Source: a virus (Duplodnaviria > Caudoviricetes). Taken from it: a stretch of 64,000 bases of DNA. The stretch spans positions 10,014 through 74,013 of the IMG/VR virus record IMGVR_UViG_3300033547_000001. One strand, written 5' to 3'. Below are positions 17,360-26,523 of the stretch, piece after piece. Position numbers and translations under genes: made by a program. The notes under the pieces were generated by a model, which saw only the letters and a list, made by a program, of their open reading frames with translations, was not told the origin of the DNA and did not search any database. Every line of letters begins with the position of its first letter. The first letter of the stretch is position 1.

Positions 17360-18588
17360 AGTTTGAGGATCCAGTTCACAGTCATGCAATTGTGGACCGT
17401 GTTGTGAGTCCCGTTGCCACCCGTCCCACTATCCGTGGTGATATTGATGGCATGGGTGTGATTGGCATTTTCCGTAGTCGTCGTGAACCCGTAGGTGTGC
17501 GAGTGATCGGCACTCACGTCTGACGTCGTGAACGAATAGGTATGAGTATGGCGTGCACTCGCGCCGGACGTGTCGACGTTGGAGTTATTGAAACTTCCAC
17601 CTCCTGCCACATTGGCGCCACCGCTTCCAAAACCCTGTACGGAATGGAAATGATCCGGGCTATCAGTGCTGGTCGTTCCGCTACCGGTGTGGGTGTGACC
17701 GACGCTCTGGCCGCTGGTCGTGCCACCCCCGGTGTGGGCGTGGGAAGACCCTTCGATCGCGCTCGTCCCGAACACGATGTGGGTGTGGGACGGGATCTCA
17801 GCCAACAGCAGGCTGTGGAGGTTCTCCCCCAGGACGCAGCCAGGGTTGTTCGCGTTGCCGCTGGTGGTCGGGATGCCGAACAATCTCGTGGAGCCGGCAT
17901 CGGTCCCGATGATCCCTCGGCCGCTCAGGTCCAGGACCTGGATCGTCTTGTTGGCGGCGAAGTCGGCTGCCGGGTTGGCGCCCCTCCCCCCGGAGACTGG
18001 GCACTGGGAATTTGGGAAGTTGTTCCAGTGCCACGCGAACAGCGGCGCAGCGTCGGCGGCCGCGTACCCGCCCCCTGAAGAGGCGCTGCCAATCAGGAAG
18101 TTGAACTTGGCCCACACGAAGCCCGGGGGAAGGGTGGTCGAGAACGTGGTGCTGAGGGATCCGGTCCCCATGATCCCCGGAGGGCTGATCCAGTTGGTAG
18201 CACTGCTTGAATCCGGATCGGTAGTGTTGTTATCGCTGGTGCTGAGCCAAAAATTTCCGAACACCAAGGCAGATTGTAGCACCGCACCGCGTGGATAGCC
18301 GCCGATCGCAGCGGCAAAAGTCCCATCATAGATGACCGGACCTCCGGCGGCCTGCCATTGGTTCCACTGGGTGATCCGGTTGAGCAGTCCGTTCACGTCC
18401 TGACCGAACGGCGGGACGCCGCCAGCAGCGACGGGCTGGAAATTGAGCGGAGGAAATCCGTCGGTTAGCGATGCAAACCCCGGATTGATACCGATCTGTG
18501 AAGCTGTGGGAATCGATCGAATGAAGCCGCCGCCAGCCGAGTTACCAAATGGAATTGGAAACTTAGCCGGAATAGATGATGCGAGCAT
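17356..18588 (-). CDS. Tail fibre with collar domain and HxH repeats
   Basis: GFPPLNF.PVAAGGVPPFGQDVNG..GGYPRGA N-terminus; LSTTLPPGFVW..DLSGR collar; seven HxH motifs. Confidence 0.9.
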   Translation of the reverse strand: MLASSIPAKFPIPFGNSAGGGFIRSIPTASQIGINPGFASLTDGFPPLNFQPVAAGGVPPFGQDVNGLLNRITQWNQWQAAGGPVIYDGTFAAAIGGYPRGAVLQSALVFGNFWLSTSDNNTTDPDSSSATNWISPPGIMGTGSLSTTFSTTLPPGFVWAKFNFLIGSASSGGGYAAADAAPLFAWHWNNFPNSQCPVSGGRGANPAADFAANKTIQVLDLSGRGIIGTDAGSTRLFGIPTTSGNANNPGCVLGENLHSLLLAEIPSHTHIVFGTSAIEGSSHAHTGGGTTSGQSVGHTHTGSGTTSTDSPDHFHSVQGFGSGGANVAGGGSFNNSNVDTSGASARHTHTYSFTTSDVSADHSHTYGFTTTTENANHTHAINITTDSGTGGNGTHNTVHNCMTVNWILKL

Positions 18589-18601
18589 TTTGGCTTCTTT
18601 C

Positions 18602-19264
18602 TTAGATCAACTGCACGATGGTCGACGATACACCGGTCGGTTTCGGCAGGACCCCGGATTGCGACACGATCGCCAGTTCGACCGAACTCATTTTGAATGC
18701 GAACGTGTAAGTCATCGTCATGTTCAGACCATCCGTGACGTAGCAGTTGCCGCGGTTGGGGAATAGGTTGAGCAGGATCTGGTTGATTGACTTGATCGAC
18801 CCATCGGAGATGTTCGCCAGAGCCTTCGCGAAGATCAGCGTTCGGAAGGCATTGTCCGAGAGGTTGAAATTGCTGGTCAGCACTGCACCAGAATAGAACG
18901 GAGATTGGTTGAGCGGGTCGGCGCTGAGCGTCGTCGCCTCATCGAACCCGAAGTATTTCTGCGTCCCCACCAAATGCAGCGTGCGCGATACCCCCACGAT
19001 CGCTCCCCACACGTCGAGCCCATAGCCCTGCGCGGTGGCGACGTTGAACATGTAGTCGTAGAACGCGTCGAGGTTCTGCGTCTGGTCGACGTAGGCCGAG
19101 AAGTTGGCGATCAGCTGCGTGAGGATCGGCGAGTTCGCATATTGCGAGATGATCGTGAGCCAATAATCGAACGCCGGGATATCTCCGATCGGCGATATTC
19201 CGATCGTGAATTGTCCAATGCTATTAGACCCAGGCCTCGGCCGGAAGATGTTCGGTCCTGTCAT
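18602..19264 (-). CDS. DUF2612 baseplate protein
   Basis: SQYANSP, ATAQGYGLDVWGAIVGVSR, LSDNAFRTLIFAKALANI, LPKPTGV. Confidence 0.85.
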   Translation of the reverse strand: MTGPNIFRPRPGSNSIGQFTIGISPIGDIPAFDYWLTIISQYANSPILTQLIANFSAYVDQTQNLDAFYDYMFNVATAQGYGLDVWGAIVGVSRTLHLVGTQKYFGFDEATTLSADPLNQSPFYSGAVLTSNFNLSDNAFRTLIFAKALANISDGSIKSINQILLNLFPNRGNCYVTDGLNMTMTYTFAFKMSSVELAIVSQSGVLPKPTGVSSTIVQLI

Positions 19265-20892
19265 GTCACCGTGACCGCGATGTTCGCAGCGTTGACCGTC
19301 GGAGATTGGTTTATGTTCGTGGTAACGGCGTTGAGCGTCGGCTTAGCCGCGGTGAAGGTCCGGTTCGCTAACGCCGAACCGTTGACAGTGGTCGCGTTGT
19401 TCGTGGTGTAGACACCAGCGCCACCAGGTGTCCCGGATGTCTGGGTCAAGATCGTCGTATTCGCCGGAACACCAGTACCAGTCAATATCTCGCCTGATCC
19501 CGGTATAATGAGCCCGCTAGCCCCGGTTACCGTGAGATTGGTGCCGGAACCAACCGCCGCGAAGAACGCTCCCACTGTGAGGGAGTTGTTGGTCGTCCAC
19601 GAAGTGCCACTGCCGGACAGGATAGTAGTGCCTGGGACCGTGATTCCTGCGTCGTCGCTCAAGGTCTGTCCGATGGCGATCGTCCCCGATATCAGCGACG
19701 TCACAGTCAAGGCGGTTCCGAGTAGAACTCCGACGAAGACCGCACTGGACGAGTTATTTGATCCAACGACGATCGAGATGATCTGAACCCACGACCCGAG
19801 CGCCACCAGGGGTGCATAGAACCTGCTCGCGTAGATCGTCGATCCGATGCGCGCGCGAGGGCCACCGTCGGCGCCCGCGAATGCCGAGATTATGGCGCCC
19901 TGTATCAGCGCCGCAGCATTCGACGGCACCAGTGAGTTGTTGGCGGTATTGACGGCGAACAGGATGGCGAGGGACGACGGGGTCTCGAACGTCACCTGAT
20001 ATGACGGCAGCGGCGGAGAATATCCCGAGTTGCTGTCGACAACGGTGACAGTCGTGTTTCCGTTATAGTTGCAGCCCGGCGCCTTCTTGGTCCAAATCGC
20101 GTTTGCGATGTTCTGCGCTGTCCCGCCGACGGCGGCCACGTACAGCGAGTTCGGAGCTAGAGTGACACCGCCGATCGTCGCTGGCGATGATGATGGGTTC
20201 TCGGTGACGTAGGCGTCGAGGATGCCTTGCACGTTGAGGACGGCGCCGAGGACTGACGGTACCGAGCCGATCGAGTTGAGCGCGACCGAGGCGGACCGAC
20301 GCGCCTCGAACTGCGCCCTGGTCTCGGTGTTGCTGCCGAGAACACCATCGGCCAGATTGATGATCGTGTCCCACCCGGAAATATTCCGGTAGATGCTGTT
20401 GAGCGTTCCCTCCGGACAAGGGACCGGTCCCAGCACGATGCAGGCGAACGCTATCACCGCGCTTCCGAGCGCGGAGATCGTCCCGTCGTTGAGACTAGCG
20501 TAGATGTTCCCGTCTGCCGCGCGCGCCAACGATCCGGCGGGGATCACGACGCCAGCTCCGCCGGTGCATGTGGCCTGCACCACCGTCGCTGTCGATCCTT
20601 CGCGAAACAGGAAATAAAGCTCGGCTATCGCGTCCTGGAAACGCCCGTCGGCGAATGCAGGGTTCATCTGGTTGGTCAGATTGACGAACGAGTCGTTGCA
20701 GCTGCCGATGATGGCCGCGATGCTGGTTGCGAGCTGCCCCTGAGGTGACGACAGCGACTGGTTCAGTCCGCCGCCGAAGGCCGCGTTGATGTCGGCCATC
20801 ACGCCGGTCAGAATGTCCTGTTCCGACGGCGCCTGGAATCCATTAGCCCCAAAAGTCACGGCCGGAACGTTGGTGCCGGGGATGTTCGCCAT
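19261..20892 (-). CDS. Baseplate J/gp47-like protein
   Basis: SSPQGQLA, ADGRFQDAI, ETRAQFEARR, KKAPGC; C-terminal duplicated Gly/Thr module. Confidence 0.88.
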   Translation of the reverse strand: MANIPGTNVPAVTFGANGFQAPSEQDILTGVMADINAAFGGGLNQSLSSPQGQLATSIAAIIGSCNDSFVNLTNQMNPAFADGRFQDAIAELYFLFREGSTATVVQATCTGGAGVVIPAGSLARAADGNIYASLNDGTISALGSAVIAFACIVLGPVPCPEGTLNSIYRNISGWDTIINLADGVLGSNTETRAQFEARRSASVALNSIGSVPSVLGAVLNVQGILDAYVTENPSSSPATIGGVTLAPNSLYVAAVGGTAQNIANAIWTKKAPGCNYNGNTTVTVVDSNSGYSPPLPSYQVTFETPSSLAILFAVNTANNSLVPSNAAALIQGAIISAFAGADGGPRARIGSTIYASRFYAPLVALGSWVQIISIVVGSNNSSSAVFVGVLLGTALTVTSLISGTIAIGQTLSDDAGITVPGTTILSGSGTSWTTNNSLTVGAFFAAVGSGTNLTVTGASGLIIPGSGEILTGTGVPANTTILTQTSGTPGGAGVYTTNNATTVNGSALANRTFTAAKPTLNAVTTNINQSPTVNAANIAVTVT

Positions 20893-20893
20893 C

Positions 20894-21253
20894 TCAGAAC
20901 GCCACCGCCGTCGGCGTGGTGGCGCCAGGAGGTGTCACCTGGACTTGACCGTTGGCCAGCCGATCGGGCTGTGAAATCGAGGTAATGAACACCGCGGCCT
21001 GCGCCCCATTGGGCAAAACTGACAACGCAGCTGTCGACATCAGGGCCTTCATCAACGGCACATTCGGCCTCTGCCCGATGATCACAGGATAGTTGACGCC
21101 GATCGTGGTGTCGTACCACTGCTCTCCGAGCACCAGCTTGATCGCGCTGCATGCGTCCTGCGCCATCGAATACGGGTCATCGGCCATAGCGATGTTGCCC
21201 GCGACATCCACCGCGAGATCCCATGTATCTGGCCGGAGAAACAACGTCTTCAT
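20894..21253 (-). CDS. Baseplate wedge/sheath-initiator (gp25/gp46-like) protein
   Basis: WDL..D..GNIA, AQD..AIKLVLGEQWYDTT.GV.Y. Confidence 0.75.
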   Translation of the reverse strand: MKTLFLRPDTWDLAVDVAGNIAMADDPYSMAQDACSAIKLVLGEQWYDTTIGVNYPVIIGQRPNVPLMKALMSTAALSVLPNGAQAAVFITSISQPDRLANGQVQVTPPGATTPTAVAF

Positions 21254-21966
21254 ATTGGTGGCCCCGTGGTCCCGCCCTGCGGATCAGGATGCTCGTGTGT
21301 TGCGCCGCTTTTGCCTGCCGCGACGACATCGGTATCCGCGGTGAGGGTGCCGCCGATATGGACATTGCCGCCGTAGAGTCCGCCCGAGACGCTCTGGATC
21401 GCGCCACCGAGTTGCAGGTTGTTCTGCATGATGACATTGCCGGTGAACGTCCATCCTGCTGCACTCGACACCAATGAGTTGCCGTGCGCGGCCGTGATGT
21501 TGATCCCGTCGGCGGTCCACTTAATCCACTGCGTCGGCGCGGTGCCATTCAGTCCTGGAATCCCGAACAGGTAGATCCCGTCTGACGGGCTGAACTTGCG
21601 GTTCGACCCGGGGTTGGCGATCGCCTTCGCGGCCTTGACCGCCGAGATGTCCCGGTCGCAGACGCCCATTACTCCGAGATCCCCAACCGCGGGATCGATC
21701 TCGAATGCGTTGGTCCCACCCATCACCCACGCATACGGGATCCCATTGATGGTCCCGTGCGGCGACGAGTTGTCCTGGCCATCGAGCTGATTGACGGCGA
21801 TCTGCACGTCGACGGTGTGGGCGCTGGTGTCGACTGAGATCACCTTCACGACCTTGACCGTCGATATGCGCCCCAGGCGCTGCAGGATAGCGAAGTCGAT
21901 CGGATTGAAGCTGCCGACCGCGTCGGAGGGATCCTGCTGGCCGGCGCCTGGTGTCTGGTCTGCCAT
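21250..21966 (-). CDS. Baseplate central spike (Gp138/gp45-like)
   Basis: VKVISV, GGTNAFEIDP.VGDLG....CDRDIS, terminal HEHPDPQGG.TGPP. Confidence 0.85.
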   Translation of the reverse strand: MADQTPGAGQQDPSDAVGSFNPIDFAILQRLGRISTVKVVKVISVDTSAHTVDVQIAVNQLDGQDNSSPHGTINGIPYAWVMGGTNAFEIDPAVGDLGVMGVCDRDISAVKAAKAIANPGSNRKFSPSDGIYLFGIPGLNGTAPTQWIKWTADGINITAAHGNSLVSSAAGWTFTGNVIMQNNLQLGGAIQSVSGGLYGGNVHIGGTLTADTDVVAAGKSGATHEHPDPQGGTTGPPI

Positions 21967-21967
21967 C

Positions 21968-22888
21968 TTATTGCACCGGGACCGGATACTTCGGGTTGTA
22001 GCAGAGGACGGTCGAGAACCATGGACCATCGGGCATCTCGCAGGACAGGCTGTGCGCGAGCCCGTAGACCGCCCACGTCCCGTTGGCCGGCTGGAGACTG
22101 CTCTGCACCTGCACCTTGCCGCCGAACGGGATGGACGGGTCGTAGAGCGTCTCAACGCTGATCCCATAAGCGGTATAGGTCGGATATCCCTTCATGTTGC
22201 CGTTGGGCGGCGGGGCAATCAGCGGGACCTGGCCGTTGCGCGCGCCGTTGCGCGGCCAGATCGCGAGCACGCCGCCCTCGCCGTGGTTCCAGCTGATGCC
22301 AGCCGCCTCGGCGCAGTCTTGCGCCTGGTTCTTCACGGACCCGGAGAAATATGGATTCGACAGCTGGCCCTGCACGCCACTGTTCTCGAACTTCAACCCC
22401 ATCTGCGTTGCAAAGCTGGACATGATCGTCGCCACATCGGTCGAGCCTTGATAGCTCGTTGGCTTGGTCGTCGTGACTGCCTGCGGCGCCAGTGTGTGCG
22501 CGGAGAGGTGGAAGCTGACGTCTGGCGATGCATTGAAGTCACCGTATGCGGCCAGGATGTATCCGGTGAACACCGTGCCTCCGTTTGTGAAGCCGCCTGA
22601 TCCGTCGTCCTGGCCGGCCTCAAGCACGATCAAATTCTTTGGGACCAGGTTGACCTGCATGCCCAGCGTCGACAGCCGATTCATCGTCGACAATGACAGG
22701 CCGTAGACCGTGAGCTCCATCGTCCCGTCGGATGGGCCGCCAGCGTGCAGAATCTCTGCCGACATCCGCAGGTTCTCGATCACGACGGTGTCGGATCCGC
22801 CGCTGCTCGAGAACGTCTGCGCCTGACCCTCGATCGTCGCGAGCGTGATCGTCGCCCGCAGTTTGCGGACGGTGATGGAGTCCGTCAT
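21968..22888 (-). CDS. Baseplate hub protein
   Basis: LTVYGLSLSTMN, LEAG, VFTGYI, GYPTYT, YDPSIPFGG.VQVQS, GPWFST. Confidence 0.8.
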   Translation of the reverse strand: MTDSITVRKLRATITLATIEGQAQTFSSSGGSDTVVIENLRMSAEILHAGGPSDGTMELTVYGLSLSTMNRLSTLGMQVNLVPKNLIVLEAGQDDGSGGFTNGGTVFTGYILAAYGDFNASPDVSFHLSAHTLAPQAVTTTKPTSYQGSTDVATIMSSFATQMGLKFENSGVQGQLSNPYFSGSVKNQAQDCAEAAGISWNHGEGGVLAIWPRNGARNGQVPLIAPPPNGNMKGYPTYTAYGISVETLYDPSIPFGGKVQVQSSLQPANGTWAVYGLAHSLSCEMPDGPWFSTVLCYNPKYPVPVQ

Positions 22889-23211
22889 GTTGGTACGAGA
22901 TCCGAAGCTTCAAGGTATACCAGCTGGAAGCGTCCACCGAGCCCAGTGTAGTCCGGATCCGACGGCATCGCGGTGTTCAGCAAATCGAAGAACGAGAAGT
23001 CGCCGACGAAGCCAAGGTAAGCGTACCTTATGAGGCGGTTCGCGTTTCGGCAAACGATGCCGGCGACGATCGGGTCAGTCTGGATCGTCGGCACGGTGAG
23101 GTCGAAGTAGAGGCCGAACGCCTTCTGGTAGACATTGATCCTGCAGTTCTGGTTGCTGAGCAGCGACGTCAGTGTCTGGCTCGGTACCGGCTGCAGTGGG
23201 ACAATGAGCAT
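22885..23211 (-). CDS. Small baseplate-associated protein
   Basis: IVPLQPVPSQ, GLYFDL, GDFSFFD...DPDYTGLGGRFQLVY. Confidence 0.7.
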   Translation of the reverse strand: MLIVPLQPVPSQTLTSLLSNQNCRINVYQKAFGLYFDLTVPTIQTDPIVAGIVCRNANRLIRYAYLGFVGDFSFFDLLNTAMPSDPDYTGLGGRFQLVYLEASDLVPT

Positions 23212-23222
23212 CGCGTGTCACC

Positions 23223-23894
23223 TCAGAAATCGAAGCCGGTCCCGCGCATGTCGGTAAAGGCTGTGCTCTGGGCCGGCGTGGGAGTGGCCGATTGAATATT
23301 GCCGTCGCTGACCTGCGGCGAGGCACTCGGCGACTGCGGCTGCTTGATCGTCATCACCGTCGTCGTGGCCGCGCTGCCTTGCTGCTGCTGCGAGTTGACG
23401 AACTGCTGGGCCGCGGTGACCCGGATCTCTTCGCAATAGAGATCGATAACGACCAGGCCGACCCCATTGCGCGCGGTCCTCCGGAGTGACTGATGTACCG
23501 GGTTTATGCTCTGATACACCTTCTCGGGCGTCACGGCATCGAATAGATCCGTCGAGTCGATGATCGCGTCGACCGAGTCGATCAGCGCCTGCCGGTCCGC
23601 CACTGAGCCGCCCGTGGAGAATTGGAGTCGCACGTCGTAGGGAACCTGCACCTTGTTGTAGGTCGCGAAGGAGCCTTCCTCGACCGGGAAGTTCGAGATC
23701 CGCATATCTTGCTTGAACTCGAACGAAACGACATTGTCCGCGGTGACTACATTCTCGCCGTCGAGGAACAGGCCCCATTGGGGGGCGTCTGGCCCGCCGG
23801 CGCCCCCCAGGAGCGCCAGCACGTCCGAGGTGACCAGTTGGAGCGCCTCGACGACCACGTCGTCAGCGAGCGCCGGAAGCCCGGGAATCGCCAT
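23223..23894 (-). CDS. Tail-tube initiator/Dit-like protein
   Basis: QWGLF, ISNFPVEEGSFATYNKV..PY; follows tape measure. Confidence 0.75.
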   Translation of the reverse strand: MAIPGLPALADDVVVEALQLVTSDVLALLGGAGGPDAPQWGLFLDGENVVTADNVVSFEFKQDMRISNFPVEEGSFATYNKVQVPYDVRLQFSTGGSVADRQALIDSVDAIIDSTDLFDAVTPEKVYQSINPVHQSLRRTARNGVGLVVIDLYCEEIRVTAAQQFVNSQQQQGSAATTTVMTIKQPQSPSASPQVSDGNIQSATPTPAQSTAFTDMRGTGFDF

Positions 23895-23895
23895 T

Positions 23896-25362
23896 CTAGT
23901 TTTGTCCGCCGTTGGCCTGCGCGGCGAACGACTGCCCCTTCAGCGTCTGCACGAACTTGCCGGCGATCTTGGCGCCGTCGGCTCCCGACCCGGCGTTGAT
24001 CGTCACCGGGCCATTGACGTCTATCTTGGTCGTCGTCGTGGTGGTCGAGCCGCCGCCCGCGGCATCCCACGGTCTGGCGCCCTGATTGCCACCGATTCCC
24101 TCCCAGTTGCCGATGCCGACCCTGGCAGCGCCGTGGAAGTCCGACCATCCGTGACGCTTCGCCCACTCCATCGCGAACATGATCGTCGCGCGCTCGTTCT
24201 TCGGGTCGCTCGGGTCGAGGCCCGTCAGCCGCTGGAACTCGTCGCCGACGGCGTGGCCGCGGCCGCCAGGCGTGACGTGCAGCTGGAAGGCGCCGAACGA
24301 GGTGTTGTTGTCGCCGTAGAACTGGCTGAACCCCTCGCTGCGCGCCACCTTCACGGCCTTGTCAGGGTCATTGCCGGCGGCGATCGCCGACTGCCGGATG
24401 AACTGCTCCTTCTCGACCGGCGACGCGAAGGCGCCCCCTTCGGTGGACGGAGACGCGCCAGGTGCGGCGCCCGGGAACAACGCCGGCTTGCCCGTGGCGT
24501 ACTCGCCGGTCTGGAAGATGGCGTCCCACGGCTTGGCCTCGAGGAACGGCTTGCTGAGTTCGTCGGCGAGCGCGGTGATCCTCGACGCCCCCCCGTGCTC
24601 GCCGCCGAGAACATTTCGGGCAAGCGATTCCGCTTTGAGCCCCATCTGGCTCATCCGCTTCTCGAGCTCGCCGAAGGCGTCGACGTCCTCGTGGGTCGCC
24701 ACGCCGATCTTGTTCACGTAGTCGAGGACCTGCTTGACGCCGCCCGGGCCCTTGATGAGCAGGTCGAATAGTGCCGGATCCAGGCCGAGCTTTCTCCCCA
24801 ATAGGCCAGCCGTCGCCGGGTCGCGATCATGGATCGCCTTGAGGTTGGCGCTGAGGTCCAGAAAACTCTGCTCCACCCCCTTGTTGACATCGATTACCGT
24901 CCCGCCCGCGGTGCTGATCGCCCGGAAGTCTGCGACCATCGGCGAGATGATCCCGATCTTCCACCCGGCGAGTGCGTCCGACACCGCGGTGAATGACTGC
25001 GCCATGCTGGCAGCGTCACCGCCGAAGATCCGGGCGGCGCCCTGCCACTTCGAGATGGTCGACGCCGAGACCCCGATGTTGCGCTCGAGTCTTCCGAGCG
25101 ACGCGTTGGAATGGGTCAGCTGCGACGAGAAGTCGATCAGGCCCTTCCCGCCGGTGAAGATCGCGAACAGTTCGATCGCCTGCGTCTTGATCCCGCCGAG
25201 CGCGTCCATCGAGCGCTTGGCCTCGTGCTCCATGCCCTTGGCGTTGGCCTCGATCGACTCGAGCGCGTGGTTGGCGGCCTCGACGGCGTCCTGCTGTCCC
25301 TTCGTGAAGTTCTTGGCGTCGATTCCTATTTCGACGATCAGGCTGTCGATCAGCGTCGGCAT
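23896..25362 (-). CDS. Short tape-measure protein with lytic-transglycosylase-like domain
   Basis: MPTLIDSLIVEIGID start, helical body, AVKVARSEG...SFGAFQLH...GW.DF lysozyme-like segment. Confidence 0.8.
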   Translation of the reverse strand: MPTLIDSLIVEIGIDAKNFTKGQQDAVEAANHALESIEANAKGMEHEAKRSMDALGGIKTQAIELFAIFTGGKGLIDFSSQLTHSNASLGRLERNIGVSASTISKWQGAARIFGGDAASMAQSFTAVSDALAGWKIGIISPMVADFRAISTAGGTVIDVNKGVEQSFLDLSANLKAIHDRDPATAGLLGRKLGLDPALFDLLIKGPGGVKQVLDYVNKIGVATHEDVDAFGELEKRMSQMGLKAESLARNVLGGEHGGASRITALADELSKPFLEAKPWDAIFQTGEYATGKPALFPGAAPGASPSTEGGAFASPVEKEQFIRQSAIAAGNDPDKAVKVARSEGFSQFYGDNNTSFGAFQLHVTPGGRGHAVGDEFQRLTGLDPSDPKNERATIMFAMEWAKRHGWSDFHGAARVGIGNWEGIGGNQGARPWDAAGGGSTTTTTTKIDVNGPVTINAGSGADGAKIAGKFVQTLKGQSFAAQANGGQN

Positions 25363-25366
25363 GCGA

Positions 25367-25603
25367 TCAGCCCTTCTTCCCGGCCATCACGCGCCTGTTG
25401 TGCGCGTCGACCGCAGCAATCTCGCGCATGTCATAGCAGTCTTCCAGCGAGTAGACGGTCGCGAGCTCGTGCAGCGTCGCCATCCTCATCGCCACCAAAT
25501 CGCCGATCAGGGAGGTGACGTTTGCGTAGTCGACGAGTCCGGCTGTCTCGCTGAGACCGCTGCCGCCGCCAAAATCGACGCGAGCTCTTGAAAGGTAAAA
25601 CCC
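25367..25603 (-). CDS. -1 frameshift extension of the tail chaperone
   Basis: G GGT TTT heptamer at 25603-25597; -1 frame gives ...DYANVTSLIG...ATLHELATVYSLEDCYDMREI. Confidence 0.75.
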   Translation of the reverse strand, partial: GFYLSRARVDFGGGSGLSETAGLVDYANVTSLIGDLVAMRMATLHELATVYSLEDCYDMREIAAVDAHNRRVMAGKKG

Positions 25604-25989
25604 ATGTGAAGCTCTACAAGCTCCTTCCGGAGTCGGTAAAGCGTCGAGATTTCCCAGATGTCTCCGTCGCCGCCGAGCGGCCGAATGAAGTCCGGCGACT
25701 CCTGGATCTTGATGCACGGTAGCATCTCGTCCATCAGCGCATCGACAGCTGGCATATCGCCACCAGCCAGCGCCTGCAGTCCGAGCAGATAAAGCCCGAG
25801 GAAACCCAATTTTCCGAACTCCTCGCGGACGTTGAGCTCCTGCCGGCTCATCGCGCCGATCGCGTGCCGGGCCCACCGCTCGGCTTTGAGCGCAGGCATC
25901 TCCTCGATATAGTAGCGCTTCCCCGCGTCGCGGTTCGGCGGTTCGCCTTCCTTCGGCTTCTCGATCTCGACGAACTTGTGCTTCAGCAC
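25507..25989 (-). CDS. Tail assembly chaperone
   Basis: RDAGKRYYIEEMPA..AERWA, DIWEISTLYRLRKE..ELH.GF; between tube and tape measure. Confidence 0.8.
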   Translation of the reverse strand: MLKHKFVEIEKPKEGEPPNRDAGKRYYIEEMPALKAERWARHAIGAMSRQELNVREEFGKLGFLGLYLLGLQALAGGDMPAVDALMDEMLPCIKIQESPDFIRPLGGDGDIWEISTLYRLRKELVELHMGFTFQELASILAAAAVSARQPDSSTTQTSPP

Positions 25990-26050
25990 CCTGCCACCTC
26001 CGGCTTCGATGCAAGTGGATTACAGAAAACGCCGTCCTGGGTAAAGTGCC

Positions 26051-26482
26051 TCACGACGGCTGCGAGAACACGCGCGCCCACACTATTCCGAATTTGCGCG
26101 GCTGCAGGATCTTCTTCACGTTCGGCGCGGGCGAGTATTCCTTCAGGAACCCGTTGCTCCATGTCCACTTCGTACCGAGGCTCTTGAGCAGCATGTTGCC
26201 GTTCGCCGCGAACGTGTCTTGCTGCGAATCCTGCGCCTGCTTCCACGTATCGAACATGAAGCACGATGGCGAGTTGGCCTGCAGCGTGTAGACATACTTC
26301 ACGGCGTTGAAGACGTAGCCGGCGCTGAGGTGTCCGTCGACGCCCATCAACTCCTCGCACAACGTCAGTGTATCGACGTCAGCGACGTCGTCCACGGAGA
26401 ACTGCTGGAGCTGCTGCGGCTGGTTGAACACGCCCGGGATCGTGAGCGTGATGACTGCGTTGACCGCGGTGATCGTTGTCAT
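26051..26482 (-). CDS. Tail tube protein
   Basis: ITAVNAVITL, MGVDGHLSAG, LQANSPS, KKILQPR; directly follows sheath. Confidence 0.8.
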   Translation of the reverse strand: MTTITAVNAVITLTIPGVFNQPQQLQQFSVDDVADVDTLTLCEELMGVDGHLSAGYVFNAVKYVYTLQANSPSCFMFDTWKQAQDSQQDTFAANGNMLLKSLGTKWTWSNGFLKEYSPAPNVKKILQPRKFGIVWARVFSQPS

Positions 26483-26523
26483 GGTGAGGTTGCCTTTTTG
26501 CGGGAATATTTTTCAGAAATATT

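Noticed and set aside
14322-18588. Diversity-generating retroelement targeting the fibres
   Set aside because: No reverse transcriptase and no TR/VR repeat pair seen in the window
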